Assembly (NCBI RefSeq): GCF_004010195.1
Contig: NC_057755.1
Span: 9,091,306 to 9,155,305, forward strand
Direction of reading: 5' to 3'
DNA length: 64,000 nt
From: Chiloscyllium plagiosum
Taxonomy: Eukaryota
Part shown: piece by piece, positions 1 through 12,739 of the stretch
How the letters are laid out: each line of letters opens with the position of its first letter
Numbering within the stretch: position 1 is the first letter of the stretch
The notes under the pieces: generated by a model
Seen by the model: only the letters and a program-made list of their open reading frames with translations
Databases searched by the model: none
What the model was told of the DNA's origin: nothing
Translations under genes and position numbers: made by a program

Positions 1-947
1 TAGAGGCAAAGTACTGAATTAGTCTTTGGGCTGCATTTGCAGCAGGAGGATTGTTTCTATTAAAGCTACAGCACAAAGTTCTGTTTGCTCCTTGATTGTC
101 CTCTTATTACCAACATCTTTAAATTTCAGAGAGCACGCTCTCAGTTCCACGAATCAATTGAATATTCTCTAGACTCGACAGTAAGTTTTCTGCATGCATC
201 AGAGTAATCTGAAAACAAGAAAACTACAGTCTCGTCTGAGGGGGATGACAAAGATTGTAGAAGCAGCTACAGCAAATTGACCAGTAAATAACATTTAATG
301 TGTTTCGCGTTTTCATTTATTCCTTAATGTGACTGTTTGTCATTCTGTCTTGGTGCCAAAGTACCAGCTCTAAATAAAGAAGATTGGTTGTGAAAACGCA
401 GCCATTAGTTCGATTACTTCACTGCTGAAAATTATTCTGCTTTGGTTAGTACATTGTTAGCGAATTGTTTTGTTCCCATTCTGAGGGACAGACCTCATAT
501 CGATATTAGTTATTCACAAAGTCTAGTTCTGATGATTTACAGAGTCTGTTTAGGAACCATTCAGAATACTTTTGCGAGGCACTGAGCATTTTAAAGTTCC
601 TGCAGTTAAAATAACAATATAAGGATGCTGGTTTGATTTGGCTGTCAGTCATTGTATCTTACACAATGTAACCATTAATAATGGCACCTTCTACTATTCA
701 CTTTGAAATAGTTGAAAGCAATTCACTGGGTGATGCGGGAAACAAGTCAACTTATCAGTCCCACCATTCTGAGTATTCAGTGATTTGTTATCCCTTAATG
801 CACTTTCCATTACTCAGACACAGTTAATGAAAAATAGCATTTCACACTATTCTGAGTAGCAAACTTTTCACAAATTCACCACAAAGTTTGTAGACTTTCT
901 TTTTCTGAAAGATTCTGTTTTATGACGTTGATTAATTTGGTTTTCAG

Positions 948-1861
948 CAAACTTGGCGACAATGATCATTCTCTCCAGGGGAAACTGTGGTCTTTCCAAT
1001 TGTACCACTGCCTACATGATGGCCATGGCAACAGCAGCTTTTCTGGTCATGATCTTCAATGTAACTGTCGTTCGAATTTTCAGTTATCACTTTACACATT
1101 CGTTCTTTTTCTACACTGGAGTTTGTAAGTTAATTAATTACATGAGCTCGGTTACCCTGTACATGTCAGTGTGGTTCACAGTCGCGTTCACGTTTGATCG
1201 GTATGTATCGATATGTTGTGAGAGGCTGAAAACAAAGTATTGCAGAGTAACGATAGCGGGTGCAGTTATGATGATCACCACTGCCCTGGTTTGTCTGGAG
1301 AACATACCCTTTTGGTTTGCATATGAGCCTGAACAAGTAATTGGTCATTTACGATGGGGTTGCCGCACAAAGTTGAACTTCTTCATTTCGCCATGGGGTA
1401 CAGCATTCTCCTGGTTACAAAGTATTTTAGTTCCTTGGCTTCCATTTTCTTTGCTACTCACATTTAATTGCTTGACAATCAGGCGTATTGTCGTCGCCAA
1501 TATATCTCGCAGAGCTGTCCGGGGACACAATAGTGAGAGTCAAAGAGACCCAGAGATGGAAGGTCGAAGGAGGTCCATTATTTTACTCTTCACGATATCG
1601 GGAAGTTTTATTCTTCTCTGGCTGACAGCAGCTGTGAGCTTTTTATCTACGAGGATGACAAACACTGCACATTATCGAGGTGATTATACAGCTCCTACCT
1701 ACATTGCCACTGAAACTGGCTACATGCTCATGTATTTGAGTTCATGCACTAACGTGTGTATTTATACAGCCACACAAAGGAAATTTAGGGAAGAACTGAA
1801 GGAAATGTTAGCATTCCCTTGGTCCTTTATTCTGATATTTGTCAATCGAAAGGAAAAGTGA
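948..1861 (+). CDS. GPR139/GPR142-like class A GPCR, large coding exon 2 (subfamily A); exon 1 not found, presumably upstream of the window
   Basis: Acceptor ttttcag|CA AAC TTG at 947/948 (phase 1, giving P-AN as in GPR139). Open frame to TGA at 1861 with hydrophobic helices and the motifs SVWFTVAFTFDRY, WLPF, FILLW and SSCTNVCIY-TQRKFREEL. Family call is from recalled similarity to GPR139/142. Confidence 0.9.
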
Positions 1862-2199
1862 TAAAAAGAAAATCTTATCTCTGCCTCCTTTTCATTCCTC
1901 TGCCTGCGAAGGTTCTGATGAGGAGAAACAAATCCCTTGCATTTTACGTTCTGCAATTGTAAATTGTATACTTCAGGAAAGGATGGAAACCGTTGAGTTA
2001 TACACCATTTTTCATGAATGACATTATGTAAATGATTCTTGTCAATGAATTAAAATAAGCGGAAATTGTTTCAGTGTGTTGTCACCAATCAAATCATCTT
2101 GACATTGAAGGTGAATTATTCTACTCCAATAAAACCAGACCCTCCACTCTCACATCAATTTATTGCACTTTCCAGCTGAGGTTACCAAGAATGCTTTAC

Positions 2200-3330
2200 C
2201 ATTTCAAACGCACCGCTTTTCTGCAGCACATTGAATTTCAGAGTAATCTCAACTAATGAGAGAGTTTCTGATGGCTCTCTGCGACTATTGTGACTTCGGG
2301 GTGAACGGGATTGAAATTCCCAATCCTAGGGAAAAGGCAACTATCATTAGCTCTATCTAAATGTCCATTACTTAATACACTTCTATCAGTTGGCTCTCAA
2401 CCTTTTAGCTTCCAGTGAAAAAGTCTCAGCCTTCACAGCTTTTCTTTCTAACTCAACACTTCCATACCCAGCAACTTCCTGATAAGTCTCTTCTGAACCC
2501 CCGCCAGCTGAATAATGTCCTTCCTTCAACTGGGCAACCAGAACTGGACACAGGATTCCAGAAGAGGCATTACCAATATCCTGTAGAACCTGAATATGAC
2601 TTCACGACTGCTGTACTCAAAGGACTGAACAATGAAAGCAAGCATGCCAAACGCATGTTTCGCCACCCTTTCTGTATGTGATGCAAACTTCAAAGGATTA
2701 TGCACCTGAACCCCCTCGGACGCTCTATTCTACAACAAACGCAAGACCGCAGCATTCATTGTATTAACCCTACCCTTGTTTTCTGAACCAAATGCAAGAC
2801 CTTCCATTTCTTCAAATGAAACTCCATCTGCAATGTTTCAGCTCACTGACTCATTTGATCAAGATCCCCTTGTAACCTTAGAAAACCAACTTCACTGTCT
2901 ACAACACCACCAGTTTACTAACCACCAAACATACCATCGCAACTTCTATATTTGCATGCAAATCACTTTTATAAATGACAAACAAAAGTGGATTCAGAAA
3001 TGGTGCCTGGGGAAGACCGCAGGTCAAAGGCCCCAGTCAGAAAATAAACCCTCTACCATTCCTGCCTGTCTCCTGTCGTTAATCAATTATGCTTCCAAGT
3101 GGCAAGCTCACCCAGAATCGCATGTGCCCTAATTGTACTAATTCGTCTGCCATGCAGAAACTGTCCAAGACTTTACTAAAGTCCACGTAAACAATGTAAA
3201 CTGCTCTGCCTTCATCAATCGGTTTGGTAACTTACTGAAAAGAAAACTCAATCAAGTTTGTCAGACAAAATTTTCCTCGCACAAAACCGTGCTGACAATC
3301 CTTAATCATTTTTGTTCGTTCCTGTATGTC
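2200..3330 (-). mobile_element. Old, degenerate CR1-type LINE ORF2 (RT) fragment
   Basis: Decayed version of the CR1 RT sequence seen in younger copies (e.g. cctcgcacaaaaccgtgctgac, ccagaactggacacag). Confidence 0.75.
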
Positions 3331-3651
3331 CAAAATCCGATCATTTATAATGACCTCCAACAATCTACCCACAAAAGAAGACTGAATCGCAAATATATAC
3401 AACACAGAACATAGAACAGAGCGTCACAGTAAAGGCATTTCAGCCACCGATGTCGTGCTGACCTTCTATGCTACTCTAAGATCAGATTGCACTTCATGCC
3501 CTTCATTGTACAATTGACGATGTGCCTATGCAAGAGACTCATAAATGTCCCGAATGTATCTGCCTCTACTTCCACTATCAGCAGTGCGATCCACGCACCC
3601 GCCAATGTCTGTGTAAATAACCGGCCTGTGAGTTCTCCCTTCAAACTTACT

Positions 3652-3990
3652 ACAAGATGATTAAGGGTTTAGATAGGGTCGACAGTGAGAATCTTTTTCC
3701 ACGTATGGAGTCAGCTATGACAAGAGGGCATAGCTTTAAATTAAGGGGGTGGGGGGGGAGGGGTTTAGGTATTAGACAGATGTTAGGGGTAGGTTCTTTA
3801 CTCAGCGAGTCGTGAGTTCATGGAATGCCCTGCCAGTAGCAGTAGTGGACTCTCCCTCATTATGGGCATTTAAGCGGGCATTGGATAGGCATATGGAGGA
3901 TAGTGGGCTAGTGTAGGTTAGGTGGGCTTGGACCGGCGCAACATCGAGGGCCGAAGGGCCTGTAATGCGCTGTATTCTTCTATGTTCTAT
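3652..3990 (+). mobile_element. Young CR1 3' end (end of ORF2, 3' UTR, TTCTATG tail)
   Basis: YKMIKGLDRVD coding, then gagggccgaagggcctgt and a terminal ttctatgttctat. Confidence 0.85.
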
Positions 3991-4087
3991 GGTTTGGATA
4001 AATTGTCTTCCTTTGTGGAATATTGCTGGGGTGAGCCCTCTGAGGGGTACAATACAGTTAGCGTGGGTACGCATGCAATGACCTTAC

Positions 4088-4279
4088 TTTGATACTGATA
4101 CTTCTGTCCTGCAACATTTTCTGCAGCTCCACCAAGCTCCCCTTCAGATTCTGGAGCTTCTCGATCAGGTGCTCTGCTTGCTCCCTGGTCTGCGGCTTCC
4201 CTTCCAGGACGAGGTTCTCACTGTTCATGGAGAGCTCCGAAACGGACGCCACTTTCCGCTCGATCTCCACCAACATGTT
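4088..4279 (-). other. SYNE1: Isolated SYNE1 (nesprin-1)-like spectrin-repeat exon, 192 nt, phase 0-0, probably a captured copy
   Basis: tttgacag|AAC ATG...ATC AAA|gtaagg. Encodes NMLVEIERKVASVSELSMNSENLVLEGKPQTREQAEHLIEKLQNLKGSLVELQKMLQDRSISIK, which matches my recollection of nesprin-1 (SELSVHNENLLLEGKAHTKDEAEQLAGKLRRLKGSLLELQRALHDKQ). Confidence 0.8.
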
Positions 4280-4715
4280 CTGTCAAAGCATAAACAGCAA
4301 GATCAACTCAAATCATCTCCCAACACACACGTGTGCAAAAAAACAGATACATGTGTGTGCACGTGCACATACGGACAGTTCTTCTGTAACATGATGGTTG
4401 GGTTCATGTGCATCCCCGCATGATAGAAACATCCCGCTTTAGAAACAGTGCTTAAAGTATTGGCGATGTAATCACCTTACAGCCAACACAGGTTTTAAAA
4501 GTTTAGAAACTGTGTTCCCCAATTCGTCCATCACATTCAGTTAATTTGTGTTAATGATGTGCATGCTATAGCAGAATGACCTGTACATACGTGTGCACAC
4601 ATACACAACGACACAGATCTGATTGATAACCTCCGCAAAAGCCTGTGTATTCATCCCACAAGTAGCTGCTATTTCGAACCTTCCTCCAAACACAGTTCAG
4701 TGAAACCTCTTAAAG

Positions 4716-7027
4716 CCATCTACCACCACTCTCTGACTTCGACCAGTTAGCCAGTTTTCTATCCAACTGGCCAAATTTCCCTCTATCCCATGCCTCCTGA
4801 CTTTCCACATGAGCCTACCATGGGGAACCTTATCAAATGCCTTACTGAGATCCATGCACACTACAACCACTGCTCTACCATCATCCACATGCTTGGTCAC
4901 CTCCTCAAGGAATTCTATAAGACTTTTAAGGCAAGACCTACCCCTCACAAATCCGTGCTGGCTGTCCCGAATCAAGCATTGTCTTTCCAGATACTCATAA
5001 ATCCTATCCCTCAGTACCCTTTGCATTACTTTGCCTACCACCGAAGTAAGACTAACTGGACTGTAATTCCCGGGGTTATCCCTATTCCCTTTTTTGAACA
5101 GAGGCACAACATTCGCCAGTCTCCAGTCCCCTGGTACCACCCTCGTTGACAGTGAAGACGAACAGATAATTGCCAACGGCTATGCAATTTCCTCTCTTGC
5201 TTCCCACATAATCCTAGGATATATCCCGTCAGGCCCGGGTGACTTGCCTATCCTCAAGGTTTTTCAAAATGCCCAACAGATCTTCCTTCCTAACAAATGT
5301 CTCTTCTAGTTTACCAGTCCGTTTCACACTCTCCTCTTCAACAATACGGTCCCTCTCGTTCGTAAATACTGAAGAAAAGTACTCATTCAAGACCTCTCCT
5401 ATCTCTTCCGACTCAATACACAGTCTCCCACTATGGTCCTTGATCGGACCTACCCTCGTTCTCGTCATTCTCATGTTTCTCACATACGTATGAAATGCCT
5501 TGGGGTGATCCTACCCGCCAAAGATTTTTCATACCTTCTCTTAGCTTTCCTAATTCCTTTCTTCAGCTCCCTTCTGGCTATCCTGTATCCCTCCAATGCT
5601 CTGTCTGAACCTTGTTTCCTCAACCTTATGTAAGCCTCCTTCTTCCTCTTTACAAGACATTCAACCTCCCTCGTCAAACAAGGTTCCCTCACACGACCAT
5701 CTCTTTCCTGCCTGACAGGTACATACATATCAAGGACATGTCGTATCTGTTCCTTGAAAAAGTTCCACATTTCCACGACATCCTTTCCTGACAGCCGATG
5801 CTCCCAACTTATGCTCCTCAGATCCTGTCTTACAGCATCGTAATTACCCTTCCCCCAATTGTAAAACCTACCCTGTTGCACGCACCTATCTCTCTCCATA
5901 ACCAAGGTGAAAGTCCCATGACTACTACCCTGTGGCTTCTGCACCTTTCCAAAATCTGTTTCCCAATCTGTTTCTCCACATCTCTGCTGCTATTGGTGAG
6001 CCTATAGTAAACACCCAACAATGTGACTGCTCCTTTCCTATTTCTGACTTCAGCCCATACTACCTCCAAAGGCAGATCTCCCTCGAACTGCCTTTCTGCA
6101 GCCTTTATACCATTTCTAATTAGCAACGCCACCCCCTCCTTTTTTATCACCCTCCCTAATCTGACTGAAACATCTGTTACCAGGAACCTCTAACAACCAT
6201 TCCTGTCCCTCTTCTATCCACGTTTTCGTGATGGCCACAACATCGTAGTCCCAGGTACCGATCCACACCTTAAGTTCAACCACCTTATTTCTGGTACTCC
6301 TTGCGTTGAAGTATACACACTTGAACCCATCTCTGTGTCTGCAAGTATTCCCTGTCAGTGCTACCTTCTCCACAGCCTCCCTACATTCTTGGTCATTCTG
6401 ACAAACAGCTAGCCTACTTGCTGGACTACAATTCCAGATCCCATCCCCCTGCCAAATTAGTTTAACCCCCCCCCCCCTGCCCCCCGAAGAGTGCTAGCAA
6501 ACCTACCTCCCAGGATATTGGTGCCCTTCTGGTTCAGGTGCAACCAGTCCTGTTTGTATAGATTCCACCATCCCCAGAATGCCGTGCAATTGTCCAAATA
6601 CCTGAAGCCCTCCATCCTACACCATCCTTGCAGCCACGTGTTCAACTGCACTCTCTCCCTATTCCTTGCCTCACTGTCACGTGGCACCGGCAACAACCCA
6701 GAGATGACGACTCTGTCCATCCTCGCTTTTAGCTTCCAGCCTAACTCCCTGAGCTCCTGAATGACCTCTCCACTCCTTTTCCTACCTATGTAGTTAGTGC
6801 CAACGTGCACCACCACTTCTGGCTGCACACCTTCCCCCTTAAGGATTCTGAAGACACGGTCTGCAATGTCTCGGACCCTGGCACCCGGGAGGCAACAAAC
6901 CATCCGAGAGTCTCGCCCATGTCCACAGAACCGCCTGTCTGTTCCTCTAACTATAGAGTCTCCTATAACTAACGCTCTCCTCCTCTCCCCCTGTCCCTTC
7001 TGAGCCTCAGAGCCGGACCTCGTGCCA
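4716..7027 (-). mobile_element. CR1-type LINE fragment (ORF1 SGNH esterase through APE endonuclease to mid-RT) with an internal deletion near 5915
   Basis: ORFs contain LVIGDSIVRG...HVGTN...LHLN, FKCVYFNARS and PGDWRLANVVPLFKKG...DLSKAFDKVPH. Confidence 0.92.
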
Positions 7028-7502
7028 GACATTTCAGGCATGGGAAAAAGTCTCTGGCCTATCCACTCTATATATGGCTCTCAACATCTTGTACACTTCT
7101 GTCAATTCATCTCTCATCCTTCTAAACTCCAATGATAAAAGTTGTAACTCTCTAAACCTTCCTTCATACAACATGCACTGCAGTCAATACAGCATCCTGG
7201 GAAATCTCCTGTGAACCCTGTCTAAAGCTTCCACATCTTTCTGATAATGAGTCGAACAAAACTGAACACAGTATTCCAAATGTGGTCTAACAATGCTCAA
7301 AAGAGCTGCACATAATCTCACGGTTCTTAAACTGAATCACTTTGCTAATGAAAGCAAAAACAACCCTATCAATCTGGGTGGAAACTTTGAGGGATCTATG
7401 GACATGGACACTCTGTTCCTTAACACTTCCAGGAACCCTATTTGTTAACCAATTAAGAATCACACAACACCAGGTTATAATCCAACATGTTTATTTGGAA
7501 GC

Positions 7503-7536
7503 AATAGCTTTCAGAGAGCTGCTCCTTCATCAGGTA
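7503..7536 (-). ncRNA. Degenerate minimal type I hammerhead ribozyme motif in the Penelope pLTR
   Basis: Minus strand reads tac-CTGATGA-a-ggagc-agc-tctct-GAAA-GCTA-ttg. The core and palindromic AGCT stem III are present; stems I and II are mutated. Confidence 0.6.
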
Positions 7537-7874
7537 GTTGTGGAGTACACAATTTTAGAGTATATATTTGTAAGACTCAGTATTTCTAGTAAACGTTTAA
7601 AGTGTGTTGCAAATGAAATTATATATTGAAAAAGAACTGGAGTGTTTGTTCAGAGTCGAACCTTTTGGAATGACCATGTTGGTTTCAGTTCTTTCACAAT
7701 TAAATCTAATATTTTTTTTTTAAAAAGAAATTACATTCTCTAGTGAACTTTGACAATGGATGCGACGTCAGCTAAAATAATCCATTGAAGGTGTGATGTA
7801 CCCTGTGTGAGGCTGGATTCATGCAGTTTTTGAGTTCTATACAATTTTATTCTGCAAGTATCAATTCATCACAT

Positions 7875-10432
7875 TTGGGTAGCTTTGGCTGAGATTATAA
7901 ACAGGCAGGGAGAAGTCACCCTGTTGGGAGTGTTCCATAGGCCTCCGAATTATTCCTGGGTTGCAGAGGAAAGGATATCAAAGATTATTCTTGATAGGAG
8001 CGACAGTAACAGAGTCGTTGTTATTGGGGACTTTAACTTTCCCAGTGTGGACTGGGAATACTATATTTCAAGTAGCTTAGATGTGCCAGTTTCTGCTCAA
8101 CGTGTGCAGGACTGCGTTCTGACACAGCATGTCGATAGGCCAACATGGGGTGATGCCATACTGGATTCGGTACTGTGGAAGGAAGCCAGCCAGTTGTTAG
8201 ACTTGGAGGTAGGCCTGCACTTTGGCTGTAGTGACGATAATTCGGGTATATTTACAATAGAAATGGGTAAGGATAGATATATACCCCAGGGAAATAAGCA
8301 CAACTGCGGAATGGCAATTATGATGTGAATGGGCAAGATTCAGGACGCATAGGATGGGAAATGAAACTACAGAGGATGGACCCACTTGGAATGTGGAGCT
8401 TATTCAAGGAACGGCTACTGTGGATCTTTGATAAGTATATATCTATCAGGCAGGAGGGCGTTGTCGAGAGAGGAAGCCATGGTTTACTGAAAAAGTTGAA
8501 GGTCTTCTCAAAAGGAAGAAGAACGCTTTTGTGAGGATGATGCGTGAAGGCTCAGTTAGTGGGCTTGAGAGTTATAAGTTAGCCAGAAAAAATCACAGAA
8601 CCTGGAGGGGATAAGAGAATTTGTTGGCAGATATAATCAAGGAAACCCCTAAAGCCTTCTATAGGTATATCTGGAATAAAAGAAGGACTAAAGTAAAATG
8701 AGAGCCAATCAAATATAGAAGTGGAAAGTTGCGTATGGAATCTGAGGACAGAGTGAAAGTGCTTAATGAATTCTTTTTGTCAGTATTCACTTTGGAAAAT
8801 GGCAATGTTAGTGAGAATATGGAGATACAGATTACAAGAGTAAATGTGGTTGAGGCTGACAAAGAGGAGGTTTTCGCAATTTTGGAAGATCTCAAAATAG
8901 ATAAGACCCGTGAGTAGGATGGAATTTATACTAGCATCCTCTGGGAAGCCAAGGAGGATATTGCAGAGCCTTTGGCTTTGAAATTTATGTCATCACTTTC
9001 GAGAGGAGAAATGCAAGAAAAATGTAACACAAGAAACTCTGTTCCCTTGTCGAAGAAGCGAAGTCGAGGTAACCATGGTAATTAGAGGCCAGCGAGCCTT
9101 ATTTGGGTTGTGGGTAAGGTGTTGGAACAGGTTATACGAGTAGGATTTATGATCATCTGGAAAGGAATAATTTGATTAGGGACAGGAAACACGGGGGTTT
9201 TGTGAAGTGTAGGTCATGTCTCACTAACCTTATTGAGCGCATTGAAAAAGTGACAAAACAGATAGATGGAGGTAATGCGGTTGATGCGGGTACATGGACT
9301 TCAGTATGGCGTTTGATAATTTGCCATACAGTAGGCTATTGCAGAAAGAATGGAGTTCCGGGATTGGAGATGAGTTAACGGTTTCGATCAGAAATTGGCT
9401 AGCAGAAAGTGGACAGAGGGTGGTGGTTGATGGGAAATGTTCATGCCCCTGCACAGTTATCAGTGCTGTGCCACAAGGATATGTTTTATGGCCGCTGCTG
9501 TTTGTCAGTTTTATAAATGATCCGGATGTGGGCGTAGAAGGATGAGTTAGTAAATTTGCAGGTGACACTATGGTCGGCAGAGTTGCAGATATTGCCAAAT
9601 GATGTTGTGGGTTGCAGAGGGACGTACATCTGGGCGGCATTGTGGCTCGGTGGTCCGGGACACTGGTTTGATTCCTGCCTCAGGTGACTTGCTGTGTGGT
9701 GTTTGCATATTCCCCACGTGTCTGTGTGGGTTTCCTCCAGGTGTCCGGTTTCCTCCCACAATCCAAAGATGTGCAGGTCACGTGAATTGGCTATGCTCAA
9801 TTGCCCAGAGTGTTACGTATATTAGTCATGGAAAATATAGTGTAGAATAATTGATCTGAGTGGGTTACTCTTTGGAGATACGGTGTGGACTTGTTGGGCG
9901 GTTACTCTTTGGAGATACGGTGTGGACTTGTTGGGCTGAAAGGCCTGTTTTCATACTGTAGGTAATCTAATCTAATCTAATCTAATCTAATCTAATCTAA
10001 TCTAATCATATAAAATACAGAGCTGGGCAGAGAAGTGGAGTGGAGGGAAGGCCTTACGAGGAAAGACTGAGCGAACTCTGGCTGTTTTCCTTGGAGAGGA
10101 ATAACGTAATCAGAGGGTTAGCTGGATTGGACATTGAGAGTCTTTTTCCTTGGATGGTGAAGGCTAACACGAGGGGACATATCTTAAATTTGGGGGGTAA
10201 TAGATTTAGGACAAATATCGGGAATAGTTACTTTACTCAGAGAATATGGATGTTGAACGGCCTGCCTGCAACAGTAGTAGACTTCCTGATGTTAAGGACA
10301 TTGAAATGGGCATTGGACGTACGAACGGATAATAGTGGATAAATTTTGGTTAGATGGGCATTATTTTTATTTCATAAGACGGCACAACATCGAGGGCTGA
10401 AGGGTTTTGTACTGCACTATAACGTTCTATGT
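7875..10432 (+). mobile_element. 5'-truncated degenerate CR1 LINE inserted in the Penelope element
   Basis: Endonuclease VVVIGDFNFP, RT remnants, and a gttctatgttct tail near 10430. Confidence 0.88.
9632..10006 (+). mobile_element. HE1/V-SINE-type SINE with an internal ~38-bp duplication and (AATCT)n tail
   Basis: tRNA-like head, V-domain gtttgcatattccccacgtgtctgtgtgggtttcctcc, CR1-like 3' end and an AATCT repeat. Confidence 0.85.
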
Positions 10433-12739
10433 TCTAAAATTATATGTGCGTTTGTGGTGTTATAAATGTCTTTGAGAGAGTGTGTGCATGTGATTGTAAA
10501 GTGGTCTAAGTCTGTGAGATGGTGTGTGTGGGTGTGAGTCTGGTTATGCATGCGTGAGTGTATGAGAGAGAGCTTGTGTATGCAGGTCAGCATGAGTGTT
10601 TTGGTCTGTCGGAGTGTGTGTGTGTGTGCGCGTGTGCACCTGTGCGTGTGTGAGATTAAGTGTGTAGTGCAGTGGGGTCACCTGCATTGTAACATGAAAC
10701 CAAGGTCCCGGTTGAGGCCATCTCTATGGGTATTGAACTTAGCTATCAGCCTCTGCTCGGCCACTTTACATTGTTGCCTGCTCCGAAATCCGCCTGGGAG
10801 GGTAGCCACCCACAGCTCCAAGGTTAATATCTAGGATTGCTGAAGTTTTTTCCAACTGGGAGAGAACACTCCTGTCTGTTGATTGTTGTGCAGTATCCAT
10901 TCATCCACTGCCGTAGCCTCAGTTTAGCCTCAGGGTATCCTTGCTTGCAGTGTATGAAAGAGACAATGCCGGCCGAATCACATGAGTACCTGCCTCATAC
11001 ATGGTGAGTGGTGTCCTCATGTGTAATGGTGGTACCCGTGTCGACACACTGATATGTCTTGCAGTGTCTGCCATGATAGGGTTGTGTCATGTTGTCCTGA
11101 AAGCTGGGCAGTTTGCTGCGAGCAATGACCCGTTTTAGGTTTGGTGTTTGTTTAAAGGAGAGAATTGGAGGCGTGGGGACGGTCTTGGCGAGGTGCTCAT
11201 CCTCACTGATAATGTGTTGCAAACTGCATAATACATGGGGCAGTTTGTCCACTTTTGGGAATTACTGAGTAACGAAGGGTACTCTGTCAGTTGCAGCTCA
11301 TGTCCTGAAGATGTCATTATGTTTTCTTGCGATGGCATGTCGGAACTGGCTGTCGACGAGTTAGGCAAAGTACCCCGTTCTTATGATGGCGCCATGGAGT
11401 ACTTCCAAGTGCCCGTCACGTTCCTCCTTATCTGAACAGATCCTGTGTATGCCTAGGTCTTATCCATAGGCGATAGCTGTTTCAATATGCTTTGGGTAGA
11501 AGGTGGACAAATGTTGCATCATGTGGTTTTCCGTGGGTTTGCGTTAGAGTGAGATTCTGAGGTACCCATCCTTCACAGCGATGCATATGTACAGGAATGA
11601 GACAGATACCAAAGACTAGTCCATGGTGATATTGATGGTGAGATGAAATTCGTTGCTATCACGGTGCAGTTGTTTCAGTGACTCCTTGCCATGTGTGTAT
11701 AGGATGAAGATATCGTCAATATACCTCATGTATAGTGTTGGTTGGAGGACCAGCGTAAAGAAGAAATCTTATTCGAAGCTGTGCATGAAAATGTTGGCAT
11801 ATTGGTGCGCAAATTTAATCTCCATTGCTGTTCTATGTGTCTGCATGAAGAACGGTTTCAAAGGTTAAAATGTTGTGGTTGGTGATAAAGCAGATGAGTT
11901 GTAGGGCGGTGGACGGAGATTGACAGTTGGTGGTGTTGAGTTCTGAGGCTCGTGCTGTGATGCCGTCATTGTGAGGGATGCTGGTGTTGAGTCCTGAAAC
12001 GTCCATTGTAATTAGGAATGTTGTATCTTGACTGGTCCATGGTTGCTGAGTTTTTGGAAGAAATCTGTAGTGCTGCTGGATCCATTACGATGGGTTTCAA
12101 GATGCCTTCGACGGAGCCAGAGAGGTTCTCACACAGGGTCCAAATGCCTGACGCGATGGGATGTTCTGGTGCAATGGCTATGTGTATCTTCGGAAGGCAG
12201 AGGGCGTCACCTACCCGAGAATTGCATGGGATGAGGGCACACAGATAACTTGAACGGACTGGGTCCAAAGTACTGATCAATGTGTTTAGTTACAGGATTG
12301 CTCCTTGTTTAGTTGGCATGTACTTGCCTGTAGTGTTCCTGTTGTTCAGTTGTCAGTGACTTCCTAGTAGTAAGGTGTTCCATTCTGAATGAAACATTTA
12401 TCCTCCTTCATCTGTTGGCTTGCTAACACTGTTGTGATTGATTTTGAGAGCATGGATGGTGTTACATTGTGATTGATGTGATGCCTTGCTCTACCTTATG
12501 GGTGCGGCTGATGAATCTGGCATTTATATATTTCCTGATGGTTTGAGTGTGCATATAAAATCCAGAGCAGCGGCCCTCTTTTGGTGTCAAAGTTGACCTT
12601 TCTTTGGTTGCCCTTCCGTGGTTCCCTGTCATGAATGTTCTGGTTCCTCCGTGGGCTCATTGGGATTGCTGCTGGCATCTTGAGTGAATTCCTGTAGTCT
12701 CATTCGTCTGATGAATTCCTCCAGGTCTGCAGCAGACTT

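Noticed and set aside
4716..7027. CR1 ORFs as host genes or an active element
   Set aside because: All CR1 copies here are truncated, deleted or frameshifted, and the esterase ORF1 is a known CR1 feature.
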